Shown in pieces: positions 8,254 to 19,392 of a stretch of 64,000 nucleotides of DNA. The position numbers and the translations under genes were made by a program. Positions within the stretch are counted from its first letter, which is position 1. Each line of letters starts with the position of its first letter. This DNA comes from Minisyncoccota bacterium (GTDB taxonomy: Bacteria; Patescibacteriota; Minisyncoccia; Phycocordibacterales; UBA918). The notes under the pieces are model-generated. The model did no database searches, had not been told where the DNA came from, and saw only the letters and a list, made by a program, of their open reading frames with translations. Location: assembly GCA_041389005.1 (NCBI GenBank), contig JAWKSR010000001.1, positions 38,465 through 102,464 on the forward strand, written 5' to 3'.

Positions 8254-11109
8254 ATGGATACGAAGAGACACCACCACAATTTAGGATATTTTTTCCTCGT
8301 GCTTCTTACGTTAGGGCTCGCGTCTTTTGCGTATGCGCAACTGACCTTAAAGGAGGCGGTGGAAGTGGAGACAATTCATGTCTTTCCAGAAACTGTCCGA
8401 GCTGATGGCTGGAAGAATGTCGATGCAATTGGTGTACAAAATGTTTCTGAAAACGGTTTGTATCAAGATTTCAATACGATTAACTCAGCTTCGTTTGATC
8501 TCTCAGCCTCACGCCGACTACAACTTATCGATGAGGATTCAGAGGAGGTAGGGCAGCCAGATATTGCTGACGAAGAAAAACTTTCAACAGAAGCAGTTGA
8601 AACAGTAACGGAAACTGACCTTTCCACCACTACTCTGACTGCTCCTAGTAGTTCAACACCCGTAGCTACATCGACAGTAGCTATTCCAACCAGTGCTCCA
8701 GCTCCTGTCGCCAGCACATCTGTTGTAAGTGATGATGCGTCAGAATCGGAAAATGAAGAGAAGTCAATTCCATCAATAGATGAGGGTGCAACAACGACCG
8801 TTATGCGCCGGATTGGGCAAGGCTTCGAGTTTGCCTTTAAAAGCCTGATTGAATTTATGCCGTTTGTTACTAGTGGCACCAGTACAGACGTGACCGCTAC
8901 AAGTTCAGAGACTGTAGAACCGCCACACGATCAGGCAAGTGACGAGCAAACTGAGGGAGAGGAGGAACAAAACTTAGACGTTCAAGAAGCAACGACAACC
9001 GATGTCGGCGTAAGTGACACGCTCGCCAATGATACAGAATCTGTAATTGAAGAAGAAGCTACCAGTTCAGTGTTGAGCGATGTTCCAGTAGCGACAACAA
9101 CACCATTAAGCAGTAACTTACCAGCAACCAGTAGTAGTCATATTCAGCAAAGTGAAGCTAATGAAGAGACTTTAGCGATCGAACCTCAAGCAGAACCATG
9201 TCTTGATAATTGTGTTCCGTACGCGATTGAATTAACTGGCTTTGGGCTTCCTATTTTTGATGATGGACGGGAGCTTTCTGGCGCACAACTGCGGATGTCT
9301 TTTGCGGCTAAACGGAAAAGTACTCGTGATTTAGTTCAGTCATTAGCTATTCGTTATAGTTTTGATGACGGCACAACGTGGGAATCTGCGGGAGAAATCA
9401 TAATCGATGATGAAGCGTCTAATAGTCTTAACGGCGGTTATTATCTTTTTGCCTTACCACACATAACAGATCCACTAGCACTAGAAAAACTTTCGGTTCA
9501 GTTATTCTATAAAGCCGACCCAGCTGAGCTCGAGGCGTTGTATGTAGACAGCGTCTGGCTTGAGTTGTTTACCACTAAAGGTTTGACTCTTGACGCAACT
9601 GAGCTCTATGAGAATTTTGATGACGGCTTTACAGAAGGTCCACTAACAGGGGATGAACTACGTTTACCAGATGGTGAAATAATCGATTTTGACTTCACTG
9701 ACAGTACTCAAGACGAAACCTTAATCATTAAGTCAAATGAGATCACCTATAGCGGCTTGTCGAGAAGTACCATTTACTTTAATGTCACTAACGAAGGTAA
9801 CCGTCCTGATGATTTCAGCCTTGTTACACACTTTCCAGATGGAGTTGGTACGGTTACTGCACTTGAAGAATGGAATCGTAACAAACCAAAACAAGTGGTG
9901 TTGCCTGAGTATCGCCCGTACGTGTATCACTGTGAAGCGGGGTGGGAAGTGACCGATGAGCCGATAACAACCACTGCATTTAGCCCACTTCCAGTCATTC
10001 AATCTGAATCACAGTCTGAAGTAACAGCAGATACAACAGCTACCACTACAACCAGCACTTCTTCGACTGTCTTAATTTCTGACAAAGAAACTGTTCTAGA
10101 GGAAGGTGCGTCTGAAGAACTCAGCATACCGCCAATATCTGAACCATCCTCGACCTCCAAGACAACGGAACCAACAATCAATCCAGAGCCAGTAAGCAAT
10201 GAGTCAGACGAGGCGTTGCCTGCTGCAAATGGGACAGCCGAGTTTCTGCAAGCATCTACCAGTGAACCGCTTGCTCGTTCAACATCATTCACATTAGACA
10301 CTGCTACAAGTAGTGTGGAGATAGACGAAGAACGCTACCGTTGTCCTGATACCCAAGTTGTCCGTACTTGTGAGACTATTGCCGGAGAGGGTTCAGAGTG
10401 TCGAATTGAAAATGTGAAAGTTGCTGAGCATGCACTGACTGCCTATGCCGGCGGCTGGGAAGAACAGGACTTTAGCACGGCTGCGCTTGGTGATAGTCGT
10501 TCATTCTTTAAGAAAGTTACTGACTTGCTTGGTTTTGGTCCAGACCGTAAAGACATTCCAGAAGCATTTGAACCACGGGCACATACTGATTCAATCTTTA
10601 CTATTGCTCCCGGAGAGACAAAATACTTTAAACTTGAAATCGAGTACCCAGTGCTCAGCCGTGGTGAGTTCTGGATTGAAACAATTGGTGACCGTGAATA
10701 TGGACTCCTCGATCCTTTCTGGTCATCAAATTGGCAGTACCGAATTCCGATTCTAGTTGATAACACAAATGGTACTGAACCATTGTATGAACAACAAATC
10801 TTTTTAGAGCTTGATAGTTCTTTGAGTGACTTCTGGAGCAATGTAAATAATGATGGTAGTGATATTCGCTTTGTGCAAGAAACTACAGCGGGGAATCTTT
10901 ATACTGAAACAGGCGCAAGTTATCAAAATCCATTTAACCAGAATTGGCAGGGAAGAATTGCGATTTCTATTCCTGCATCTAGTGTAAGTGAAGCGGTGAG
11001 AGACTACCCAGTCTTTGTAGACTTGAGTACTTTAGGAAGTGCGTTTTGGTCAGGTGTTTGCTACAGATGGTCGCGACATACGTGTAACAAAACAAGACGG
11101 AGCAACTGA
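8254..11109 (+). CDS. giant protein fragment 1: signal peptide, acidic S/T-rich region, first DUF2341-like segments
   Basis: MDTKRHHHNLGYFFLVLLTLGLASFAYAQ, followed by a long E/D/S/T-rich stretch. NWQYRIPILVDN (10728) and NWQGRIAISIP..YPVFVDLSTLGSAFWSGV (10942). The ORF ends because of an extra T at 11067-11069. Confidence 0.8.
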   Translation: MDTKRHHHNLGYFFLVLLTLGLASFAYAQLTLKEAVEVETIHVFPETVRADGWKNVDAIGVQNVSENGLYQDFNTINSASFDLSASRRLQLIDEDSEEVGQPDIADEEKLSTEAVETVTETDLSTTTLTAPSSSTPVATSTVAIPTSAPAPVASTSVVSDDASESENEEKSIPSIDEGATTTVMRRIGQGFEFAFKSLIEFMPFVTSGTSTDVTATSSETVEPPHDQASDEQTEGEEEQNLDVQEATTTDVGVSDTLANDTESVIEEEATSSVLSDVPVATTTPLSSNLPATSSSHIQQSEANEETLAIEPQAEPCLDNCVPYAIELTGFGLPIFDDGRELSGAQLRMSFAAKRKSTRDLVQSLAIRYSFDDGTTWESAGEIIIDDEASNSLNGGYYLFALPHITDPLALEKLSVQLFYKADPAELEALYVDSVWLELFTTKGLTLDATELYENFDDGFTEGPLTGDELRLPDGEIIDFDFTDSTQDETLIIKSNEITYSGLSRSTIYFNVTNEGNRPDDFSLVTHFPDGVGTVTALEEWNRNKPKQVVLPEYRPYVYHCEAGWEVTDEPITTTAFSPLPVIQSESQSEVTADTTATTTTSTSSTVLISDKETVLEEGASEELSIPPISEPSSTSKTTEPTINPEPVSNESDEALPAANGTAEFLQASTSEPLARSTSFTLDTATSSVEIDEERYRCPDTQVVRTCETIAGEGSECRIENVKVAEHALTAYAGGWEEQDFSTAALGDSRSFFKKVTDLLGFGPDRKDIPEAFEPRAHTDSIFTIAPGETKYFKLEIEYPVLSRGEFWIETIGDREYGLLDPFWSSNWQYRIPILVDNTNGTEPLYEQQIFLELDSSLSDFWSNVNNDGSDIRFVQETTAGNLYTETGASYQNPFNQNWQGRIAISIPASSVSEAVRDYPVFVDLSTLGSAFWSGVCYRWSRHTCNKTRRSN

Positions 11110-11292
11110 AGTACCATTTGACTTAGTAGAAATAAATAGCAGTGCGCAAACTGGAGAGTTGCACTTTTAGCAGATGAGTTAAGTGCCGCGTCAGACAACG
11201 TATTTCATCTTTACTTCAATAATACAAACGCCAACGCTTATGCTTCTACCAGTCCATGCGGTTCACAGGCGGTATGGGCAAACTATGAAGCG

Positions 11293-12348
11293 GTGTATCA
11301 CTTCTCTGATGATACGACTGCGGTTAATAATATTGTCGTTGATCATACTGGAAATGGTCAAGAATTAGATGTGCAAGACGCTGGCATTGCCACCACAACC
11401 GGTGCCATGGGAACCGCTCTTGATCTCACTTCTTCTTCTGGTTACCTCCGGGACGTAGGTAATGACTGGGCGTGGGCTTCGGGTGATGATCATGTGTCTA
11501 CTGGTCTGTATTATCAGACTGCTGCGAGCTCGGAAGCTTTGTGGGAGTGGGGAACCAGTAACAATCCAAACTGGCTTTCTTACATGCCGTGGTATACCAA
11601 CGCCGCAGCGACTGGACGCGGGTATTTGTATTTTGGTTTGAACCAGAATGGAACGTGGTCTCGAGATACAGGTGTATGGCATCACTTCACTACCGTTGCG
11701 CCAGCTACGGTGGGTCAATTACATGGAATTTATGACAACGGTGTGCTTGAACTCAGTAGCACACAAAATACAACGGATCCATCAAACGCCGGCGGTTTAC
11801 AAGTTGGGCGGTACACAACCGGTGGTTCGTACAATGGTATTGTTGATGAACTTCGCTTTGCCAGTAGCGATGCTGCTTTTGATAGCGGATGGATCGCGAC
11901 TGAATATTTGAACCACACTGATCCAACTACGTTTTACGCTACCAGTACAAATATTCTGCCTGGCGGCGATGTTGTAGAAGGTTGGTTCTCAACCAGTTGG
12001 AATAATCGGCAAAAAATAACTATTCCAGCTGGCGGCGCAGTCAGTGATTTCCCAGTCTATGTTGACCTGAGTACACTTGGTGCTGCTTTCTTTAGTGAAG
12101 TTGCTAGCGATGGTAAAGATATACGAGTCGTAGACGCTGCCACTAACACAGAACTCCCGTATGAACTGGTAGCCATCGATACGGGCGCTGAGACTGGCGA
12201 GTTATATTTTAAAACAGATTTAGTCACCACTGAAAATCGTGATTATTACATCTACTTTAATAATCCTGATGCACAAACTTACACTCGGGTGATACCTATG
12301 GTGCACATAATGTGTGGTCAAATAACTTTATTGCGGTGTACCACTTAG
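11293..12348 (+). CDS. giant protein fragment 2: LamG-like jelly roll + DUF2341-like segment
   Basis: Frame is open upstream to ~11170. YEAVYHFSDD, WHHFTTV, VDELRFASSDAAFDSGWIATEY. Then SWNNRQKITIPAG..DFPVYVDLSTLGAAFFSEVASDGKDIRVVD..YYIYFNNPDA. Confidence 0.8.
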   Translation: MYHFSDDTTAVNNIVVDHTGNGQELDVQDAGIATTTGAMGTALDLTSSSGYLRDVGNDWAWASGDDHVSTGLYYQTAASSEALWEWGTSNNPNWLSYMPWYTNAAATGRGYLYFGLNQNGTWSRDTGVWHHFTTVAPATVGQLHGIYDNGVLELSSTQNTTDPSNAGGLQVGRYTTGGSYNGIVDELRFASSDAAFDSGWIATEYLNHTDPTTFYATSTNILPGGDVVEGWFSTSWNNRQKITIPAGGAVSDFPVYVDLSTLGAAFFSEVASDGKDIRVVDAATNTELPYELVAIDTGAETGELYFKTDLVTTENRDYYIYFNNPDAQTYTRVIPMVHIMCGQITLLRCTT

Positions 12349-13421
12349 GCGAAGACGCGAGCGGAACCGGTAATGCAGATGTATATAAAGACTCGACCGC
12401 GAATGGTTTTGATGGTGATGACTACAATACTTCAAACGACAAAACAGGCTTCTTAGGCGCTGGTCAGGAATTTGGTGATGACCAAAATGACTATATTCGT
12501 CTACCGAAAGAGGTGCTAAACGGGCGAACCGACATCACCACTTCATGGTGGCACCAAACGTCAAATGCGGGAGATATGACGATTATCAGTGGTGCTAATT
12601 CCGGGCAAGCCAATGAGTACTGGACGCGCTTTGATAACGATACATTACTGCGTATTTACGCTCAGGGGGGACAGGAGACCACCACTTTAGATGATGGAGC
12701 TACATATAACGATGGACAGTGGCAGCACTATGTGGCAGTTTCAGATGATGCCGCCGATGAAATCAGTGTGTATCGTAATGGAGAGAGTGACACTGAGAAC
12801 CCAGATCCGCAGGCAATTTCTGCGTACACCATAGATACGGGAGGGCTTATTATCGGGCAAGACCAAGATAGCGTTGGAGGTAGCTTCTCTACCGCAGAAA
12901 ACTTTGAAGGTCAGTTGGATGAGTTGCGTTTTGCCAGTACGGTACGTACTGCTGCTTGGGCAGCCGCTGAGTATGCGAACCAAGCTAACCCAGGTGGATT
13001 CTATGCTACGTCAAGTATGGAGACTCTCAACGCTACTGATTTTTCTGAACTTGATTTTTGGGTACAGCACTTCAGCACTTCAACAGACGAAGCGGACATT
13101 TGGGTCCAGGTTGATTATGTCCCCGCCGGTTCACAAACTATTATTTATTTGTATTACGGCAATAGTGCGGCCAGCTCTGCCAGTGATGAACTCGAAACAT
13201 TTACCTACAGCACCACCACCGACTTGTACTATGTAGTTGATGATAGTGCTGCCACTGATATATCAGTAGTGAGTTTGATTGACAGTAATGAGGTACGTAT
13301 TGATGGTGGTGCAGCGGTGGCTCTAGATCAGGGAGAGAGTACATCGTTTACCACCTTTAGTGGGCAATTCCGTCATCAGTGCTCTTGGTCCAATCTCTGC
13401 CACAGTGGCAGATGCTGGTAA
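12312..13421 (+). CDS. giant protein fragment 3: LamG-like domain + DUF2341 C-terminal-like piece
   Basis: VWSNNFIAVYHLGED, QWQHYVAVSDD..ISVYRNG, LDELRFASTVRTAAWAAAEY, IWVQVDYVPAGSQTIIYLYYGNSAA. Confidence 0.8.
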   Translation: MWSNNFIAVYHLGEDASGTGNADVYKDSTANGFDGDDYNTSNDKTGFLGAGQEFGDDQNDYIRLPKEVLNGRTDITTSWWHQTSNAGDMTIISGANSGQANEYWTRFDNDTLLRIYAQGGQETTTLDDGATYNDGQWQHYVAVSDDAADEISVYRNGESDTENPDPQAISAYTIDTGGLIIGQDQDSVGGSFSTAENFEGQLDELRFASTVRTAAWAAAEYANQANPGGFYATSSMETLNATDFSELDFWVQHFSTSTDEADIWVQVDYVPAGSQTIIYLYYGNSAASSASDELETFTYSTTTDLYYVVDDSAATDISVVSLIDSNEVRIDGGAAVALDQGESTSFTTFSGQFRHQCSWSNLCHSGRCW

Positions 13422-14700
13422 CGACAACCACGACTCGCTGGTGCCAATCTCATACGCTACTACTAGTTTTGTTGGGGCTACAGACCGAGATACCAACCGT
13501 TGGTATGTGCATGCTCCTTTTGCGACATCCTCTGTGCAGTCATATATTGGTACGTCCGGATCTGCTAATCAGTCACAGACTGTAAATACTGGTTCAGTCG
13601 TCACTTTTACTGCCAACCCGTCAGACGCTGGCGCTACCAATGACGGCAGTGGTGTTGTTATTGAATCTGATAACCCAGTTCTGGTCTTTCACCGCTCCAC
13701 CTCACCAGGGGACGGTATTGGTCTCTACCCACCTACGATGCGAGATCTGTTTGGTTTTGATTCTAACTACGCCTATGCTGGGGCACTACAGAGTGGTGAT
13801 GACATTGACTACTACTGTAGTAGTGGAGGTAGTGGTACTGAGAGTAGTGTTAATCGCGGAGAAAAGCGTGTGGTTGATGGTTGTAATGCCGCTACTCATA
13901 TGACCGGAGATAGTGTGCGCTTAGTGGCTGGGGCAGTGCCAATTGCTGCTATGCAGCAAGCTGACTCAGATGGTCGAGAAGCGACTGCATTTTTGCCACA
14001 ACATGAATTTGGTACCCGTTATGTGATGACCAATGACGCGCAATATGCAGCGATTGCTTGTTCACCACGGTTTGGGGAAGTGGAAGTGAGTATCTTGGCA
14101 CCAGGTGGTGGCTCAACGGTTACGAGTGGGGTGTGTACACCAGGGGTGGCAACACCAGGAGCACTGCATTTTGGAGATACGTCTGGCAGTTCTGTGGTTT
14201 ATACAGCAGGGCATCAGATTGTGTCAACAAATGGGGTGCCGTTCTATGCAGTGTATGAGGATAACGCAGGAGATACTGACGAAAAGAATATTTTGTCGCC
14301 TGTGCAGGCACGTAAGTATGGAGCGGAAAACTTCAGTGTGGTGTATGGAGAACAAGAACTTACTATTGACGCAGAGTATGAACAACTTTCATATGGGTGG
14401 TATCAAAATATAGATGCAAATACACCCACTAGTACGTGGACACTTGGTAGTGGTGAGTATGTCTCTGAAGCGCAAGCAATTACCGGCGCCGGTGCTGTAG
14501 ATGATGGAGATGTGTTGCGGTTGCGAATGAATATGCTTACCAGTAACGCTACTGGTAGCAAAGATGTCACTGCCTTTAAACTTCAGTATGCGAGTGCTGC
14601 CACAGATCAGTGTAATACGGCGAGTGTTTGGAGTGATGTCGGAGAGTTAAGTAGTACCACAGCTGTGTTCCGGAGGTTACAACAATGTGAGTGTAGGTGA
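13360..14700 (+). CDS. giant protein fragment 4: unassigned beta-rich region + first half of a YCFR-type module
   Basis: 446-aa ORF continuous with fragment 3. Ends with GDVLRLRMNMLTSNATG..FKLQYASAATDQCNTASVWSDVG, the module also seen in 48376-54526. Confidence 0.7.
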   Translation: MGNSVISALGPISATVADAGNDNHDSLVPISYATTSFVGATDRDTNRWYVHAPFATSSVQSYIGTSGSANQSQTVNTGSVVTFTANPSDAGATNDGSGVVIESDNPVLVFHRSTSPGDGIGLYPPTMRDLFGFDSNYAYAGALQSGDDIDYYCSSGGSGTESSVNRGEKRVVDGCNAATHMTGDSVRLVAGAVPIAAMQQADSDGREATAFLPQHEFGTRYVMTNDAQYAAIACSPRFGEVEVSILAPGGGSTVTSGVCTPGVATPGALHFGDTSGSSVVYTAGHQIVSTNGVPFYAVYEDNAGDTDEKNILSPVQARKYGAENFSVVYGEQELTIDAEYEQLSYGWYQNIDANTPTSTWTLGSGEYVSEAQAITGAGAVDDGDVLRLRMNMLTSNATGSKDVTAFKLQYASAATDQCNTASVWSDVGELSSTTAVFRRLQQCECR

Positions 14701-15481
14701 TGGTAATACGCTTGCCACCACTACTTTGGCATCAAGTACCGTTCTGGGAACATATGAAGAGCGAAACCTGAGTAATTTCCCGCCGAATGATCTGTTAGTG
14801 GGTGACATTTCCGAATGGGATTGGGCACTGGAGGCATACGATGTTGGTTTAAATACAAATTATTGTTTCCGTATGGTACGTGCTGATGGTCGTGAATTGG
14901 CTACCTATACTAACTATCCTCAATTAGTAACCGTAGGTCCACCGAATGTGCCAACGTTACTATTGCACTTTGATAATGAACGTACAGCGGTATTCAACTC
15001 TGTACTGGAGTTTACGTCTATCGATATTGCTGGTGATGACATCCACTATGAAGTAGAAATTGATGATGACCGTGACTTCAGCTCTCCAGAAGTCAATAGA
15101 GATTCAGCTGCTAATTTCTTAGAGTTTGAGAATCTAACTAACCCATCTGACAAGGCACCGTTTAACAGTGGTCAACGAATTCGCTTCACATCACCAACTA
15201 CATTAAGTGCCAGTACTACTTATTATTGGCGCGTGCGGGCTAGTGATCCTGACGGCTCTGCGGTTGATAGTGATTGGTCAGCACCGTTTAGTTTTACGAC
15301 CGATGGGTCGGTTACTGTGAGTGAATGGTATCAGACAACTGGACATCAGTTTGGCTCCAACAGTTTGACAAGCATGAGTACGACAAGTGGCGGCGTAAGT
15401 GTTAGTGCTACTGGAGGAGCCGTCACTAGTTCAGCTATTGATTTCAGTGATGCTAGCGTTGGTAACGCCTGGGGTCGTTAG
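14687..15481 (+). CDS. giant protein fragment 5: second half of YCFR-type module + FN3-like unit
   Basis: EWDWALEAY..NYCFRMVRADG..YTNYPQLVT, then TTYYWRVRASDPDGS..WSAPFSFTT. Ends at G-run 15471-15474, and the next frame continues with SLAWNDTETSG. Confidence 0.75.
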   Translation: MSVGDGNTLATTTLASSTVLGTYEERNLSNFPPNDLLVGDISEWDWALEAYDVGLNTNYCFRMVRADGRELATYTNYPQLVTVGPPNVPTLLLHFDNERTAVFNSVLEFTSIDIAGDDIHYEVEIDDDRDFSSPEVNRDSAANFLEFENLTNPSDKAPFNSGQRIRFTSPTTLSASTTYYWRVRASDPDGSAVDSDWSAPFSFTTDGSVTVSEWYQTTGHQFGSNSLTSMSTTSGGVSVSATGGAVTSSAIDFSDASVGNAWGR

Positions 15482-15717
15482 CTTGGAATGATACTGAAAC
15501 CAGCGGAACTATTTACTATCAAATTGAATACAACAATAACGGAACGTGGGAACTCATTCCCGACAGTGATCTTGCGGGCAATAGTGTCGGAGCGACCGTT
15601 TCTCCAGTAAGTCTCATAAACCTTAATACCAACACGTACGATGAGATTCGATTAATTGCAACCGCGAGCGGCACCACGTTATCAATTGAAGATTGGACGC
15701 TCACGTGGGGGCAGCGT

Positions 15718-18700
15718 GTGGAAACACCGACATTGGGTGATCCTTTTGATAACGAAAAAGTGGCCACTACCCAGCCAACCTTTGATTTTGTCTCAGCTGA
15801 TCCACAAAACGATGACTTGGAGTACGAAATTTCTTGGAGCACCGATAATACATTTACCGTCAGCTCTACAACTCGTAATTCAAACGCCAGCGCTGGTTTT
15901 GCTAATAGCAACAACGGTGGAGATACAAATCCATTTACGTCTGGAGACACGATCACCTACACAGTCCAAGCGGGTGACGCGCTTACCAACGGAGAAACTT
16001 ATTGGTGGCGCGTGCGGGCACGTGATCCAGGCGGCGACAATGCTTGGTCACCATGGGCTTTGGCAGATTCATTCACTGTAGATACAAGTGTGACGGTTTC
16101 TACGTGGTATCAAACGACTGCTGAACAATTCGTAGAGGGAGAGCTGACTGGTTTGACGGCATCTACTTCAGGTAGTGTTGAGATTGCCGGGACGATCGGA
16201 GAATATGGAACAGCGACACTCACTGATAATAATTGGACTACAATCAATACTGATAATGAGTATATTGATATGGTAGTGGTGGCGTCTCCCGAGTTTAATG
16301 CCGCCACCTATAATACGAACCGCAACACTCGCGTACGTAACAAAACCGCTGGTTCTTTTGAAATTAAGGTTGATAACTATAATCAAAACATCACCGGCTC
16401 GACCGTCGTTGACTATATTGTGATGGAGGCTGGTACCTGGACACTTGATGACGGTGGAGCTGGAACGCAAGTTATCGCAGGAACGTATGCTGATGTAGAT
16501 GAAGTGCAATCTAACAACTACACACCGGGAATTGGTGTGGTGGTGCCGTTTTCGCCAAGTTTTTCTAGCCCACCAGTTCCTATCTTGACGGTCTCATCAG
16601 ACAACGATACCAGTTGGGTAGGGACTCACGTTGATGGCAACGGCGCCGATCACGATGTTGAGGTCGGCACCGATGAAATGCAAATCGCGCTGGCTCGAAG
16701 TCTTGCCACCGGTGTGCATGATCCTGAGGATATTGATTATGTGGTCTTTGGTGTAGCTGATGGCACCATAAATGGAGCAGCGTTTGAAGCCTTTAATTCA
16801 TCTGACTCAGTAGACGATACGCAAAGTAATGGTGGTCATGCACAAAGTTTCCAGACAGGTTTTGCGACAACGCCGGGTGTGACACTTGTACAAAATAACG
16901 CGGAAGACGGAGGAAATGGTGGTTTTGCCATTAAAGATACCTCTGGAACCAGTAATGCAAGTCAGATTTTCCTAAGTATCTTGGAAGACGGACCATCGCC
17001 AGATCAGCATACCCAGGAAGTAGTATCCATCGTCGCCTTTGAAGCTAACTCAGGTAATCTGACTCGAGCGGGAGCTGAAAGCTTTGTCGGTTCCATTGTC
17101 AGTGAAGATATCATCTTTTCTGATGGAGCTGGTCCTAAGTTTGAATCGTTCTCATGGTCAGACAATGAGCCTGGTGCTAGTGAAATTCTTTACCAGGTAG
17201 AATACAAAGTAGATGACACCACGTATGCATTAGTCCCCGATGGAGTCATTCCTGGTAATAGTAGTGGAACGACCACTTCTCCAATCGATTTGACCGGTAT
17301 CGATATTGAGACGTATCCGATTATTCGTATTGCTGCCAATTTCTCGTGCGTTTCCGGTGATTGCCCAACGCTTGATGACTGGCAAGTGACCTGGAGTGAG
17401 GGGGTAAACATGAGTGGAACGCTGCAGGCCTATGACCGTAGCACCAATATTGCTACAGGTACCATCCGTGTTGCCGTCAACGGCTCGTTGCTACCAAGTA
17501 CGGGGACAGTGGCAGCGGGCTTGTGGACACTTTCTAATGTGACAGCTTTTGCTGGAGACGTAGTGACGGTATGGGTTGATGGTGTCGCCGATAGCGAGGA
17601 AGCCGTTACCGTATTTGTGTACGATGGGGTTGGTGATATGACCGGCGTTTCGTTGTATCAACGTCATCTTACTAATTTGGCAGGAGATAAAGAGACCATT
17701 ACCAATACTCTGTTCGGCTCATATGACAATAGTGTTTCCGGAGACGAGGACATTTTCTTTGACGTAGATGGATTCAATAATTTGACAGTCTGCGCCACGG
17801 GAAGTTGTGAGGATGCCAATCTATATATTGGTGCTGGTCATACCTACATAACAGCAACCAGTACTCCTACCAGTGTCACCACTCACGATTTTGTAAATGA
17901 AGGCACCGTTCTACTCGATGCAAATACCTATTACGTCAGTGGTTCGTGGCTTAACTACGCTACTTCCACTACTGACACATCCACATTGGTAATGACAGCC
18001 AGCACGACCGATGAGCTTATTGTTAGTACTGAATCTCCATTAAACTTCCATCATCTGACGCTTGGCGCTGGTTCAGGGACGAGTACGTATAGCCTTACTG
18101 CACCATTAGATTTATCAGGTAATCTCTCGGTTGTCAGTGGCATGTTTGATAGGGCTTCGTACGATATCCACGTTGCTGGAAACATTAACACTGATGCGCA
18201 AGGGATATGGGTGGGATACGCCACGACTACGTTTGACGGCACTGTGGCTGCCACTTGGAATGACAACCATGCAAGCACTTCGCTACAAAATATCGGTAAC
18301 GTTTTGATTGATGGTACAAGCAAGTCAGTATCTATCACTAGCAATGTCTTAGCCTACGATATCACCATCGGGAGCAATGATACGCTAATCGGTGGTAACG
18401 GAAACCACGTTAATGTCGCCGGCGACTGGACAAATGACGGCAACTTTACTGCTAACACAAGCCAGGTAGTTATTGTGAATGATGATCGTGTGTATCCAGA
18501 TCCTGTCCCTGGTACTGCCGGCTGGTACGCGGATACGAACTTCACTGAACGTATCGCGGTGGTTGTTGATGACAGTGAAGTTCCAGGCGATTTAACTAAT
18601 TATCCGCTGTACATTGATTTGTCTGGACTGGGCACGACGTTTTGGTCAGCTGTACAAAGTGACGGAAGTGATATCAGAGTCACTGCAGGAGATGGGCAGA

Positions 18701-19392
18701 CGGAATTACCAATTGACCTGGTTGAAATAGACCAAACCGCACAAACGGGAGAATTGCATACCTTAGCTACCAGTATCTCAAGTAGTGCCACGACAACGTT
18801 TTATGTATATTTTGGCAACGCGACCGCCACCACTTATGCTGTAAGCGACACGTATGGTGCGCAGAATGTGTGGGCTGATTATGAGGCGGTGTATCACTTC
18901 CATGATGATCCAGCGGTGCTTATCACTGATGAAACTGGGCGCGGACGGAATCTCTTACCAGCCGTGGGTACTGCTGCGACAACCACTGGTCTGATTGGAA
19001 CGGCGCTTGATACTACCGCCAGCAATGTCATGCTGCAAAGTAGTAGTTGGACCTGGCCAGCTGGGTATAATTTGATTTCATCTGGTCTGTATTTCCAATC
19101 CGCCATTGATAATGGAGCCTTGTGGCAGTTCGGTGATGGTAGCGGAAGCAATAATGGTACGTACTTGTCATTTATGCCGTGGTATAGCAATGGTACAAGA
19201 GGGTATCACTATTTTGGTGTTACTTCTGGCGGCGATTATGCTTTCACTCGCGATAATAGTATATGGCATCACTTCACTACTATTGGTCGCGCGGCAAGTG
19301 GTGAAAGTAATCAAATTTACGAAGACAATATCTTGCGCGTGATACCACACCGATGCAAGTTAACGATCCTGCCGCCGGTCCATTGCAGATAG
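15718..19392 (+). CDS. giant protein fragment 6 (1224 aa): FN3-like unit, unassigned domains, beta-helix-like repeats, DUF2341-like + LamG-like cassette
   Basis: Frame is open back to ~15475. GETYWWRVRARDPGG..WSPW. GWYADTNFTERIAVVVDD..YPLYIDLSGLGTTFWSAVQSDGSDIRV..FYVYFGN (18521). YEAVYHFHDD..WHHFTTIGRA. Confidence 0.85.
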   Translation: METPTLGDPFDNEKVATTQPTFDFVSADPQNDDLEYEISWSTDNTFTVSSTTRNSNASAGFANSNNGGDTNPFTSGDTITYTVQAGDALTNGETYWWRVRARDPGGDNAWSPWALADSFTVDTSVTVSTWYQTTAEQFVEGELTGLTASTSGSVEIAGTIGEYGTATLTDNNWTTINTDNEYIDMVVVASPEFNAATYNTNRNTRVRNKTAGSFEIKVDNYNQNITGSTVVDYIVMEAGTWTLDDGGAGTQVIAGTYADVDEVQSNNYTPGIGVVVPFSPSFSSPPVPILTVSSDNDTSWVGTHVDGNGADHDVEVGTDEMQIALARSLATGVHDPEDIDYVVFGVADGTINGAAFEAFNSSDSVDDTQSNGGHAQSFQTGFATTPGVTLVQNNAEDGGNGGFAIKDTSGTSNASQIFLSILEDGPSPDQHTQEVVSIVAFEANSGNLTRAGAESFVGSIVSEDIIFSDGAGPKFESFSWSDNEPGASEILYQVEYKVDDTTYALVPDGVIPGNSSGTTTSPIDLTGIDIETYPIIRIAANFSCVSGDCPTLDDWQVTWSEGVNMSGTLQAYDRSTNIATGTIRVAVNGSLLPSTGTVAAGLWTLSNVTAFAGDVVTVWVDGVADSEEAVTVFVYDGVGDMTGVSLYQRHLTNLAGDKETITNTLFGSYDNSVSGDEDIFFDVDGFNNLTVCATGSCEDANLYIGAGHTYITATSTPTSVTTHDFVNEGTVLLDANTYYVSGSWLNYATSTTDTSTLVMTASTTDELIVSTESPLNFHHLTLGAGSGTSTYSLTAPLDLSGNLSVVSGMFDRASYDIHVAGNINTDAQGIWVGYATTTFDGTVAATWNDNHASTSLQNIGNVLIDGTSKSVSITSNVLAYDITIGSNDTLIGGNGNHVNVAGDWTNDGNFTANTSQVVIVNDDRVYPDPVPGTAGWYADTNFTERIAVVVDDSEVPGDLTNYPLYIDLSGLGTTFWSAVQSDGSDIRVTAGDGQTELPIDLVEIDQTAQTGELHTLATSISSSATTTFYVYFGNATATTYAVSDTYGAQNVWADYEAVYHFHDDPAVLITDETGRGRNLLPAVGTAATTTGLIGTALDTTASNVMLQSSSWTWPAGYNLISSGLYFQSAIDNGALWQFGDGSGSNNGTYLSFMPWYSNGTRGYHYFGVTSGGDYAFTRDNSIWHHFTTIGRAASGESNQIYEDNILRVIPHRCKLTILPPVHCR
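18892..19339 (+). repeat. copy 1 of a 448-bp near-identical direct repeat
   Basis: Compared base by base with 22493-22939. It differs only around 19066-19074. Confidence 0.9.

Noticed and set aside
15519-15956. Minus-strand ORFs of 100-170 aa inside the large + strand genes (for example 15519-15956, 25239-25676, 36214-36660, 43238-43687, 8463-8879, 460-978).
   Set aside because: They lie antisense to frames with strong domain-level support. Their composition (S/P/V/T runs mirroring the sense codons) is typical of shadow ORFs, and they carry no recognisable motifs.
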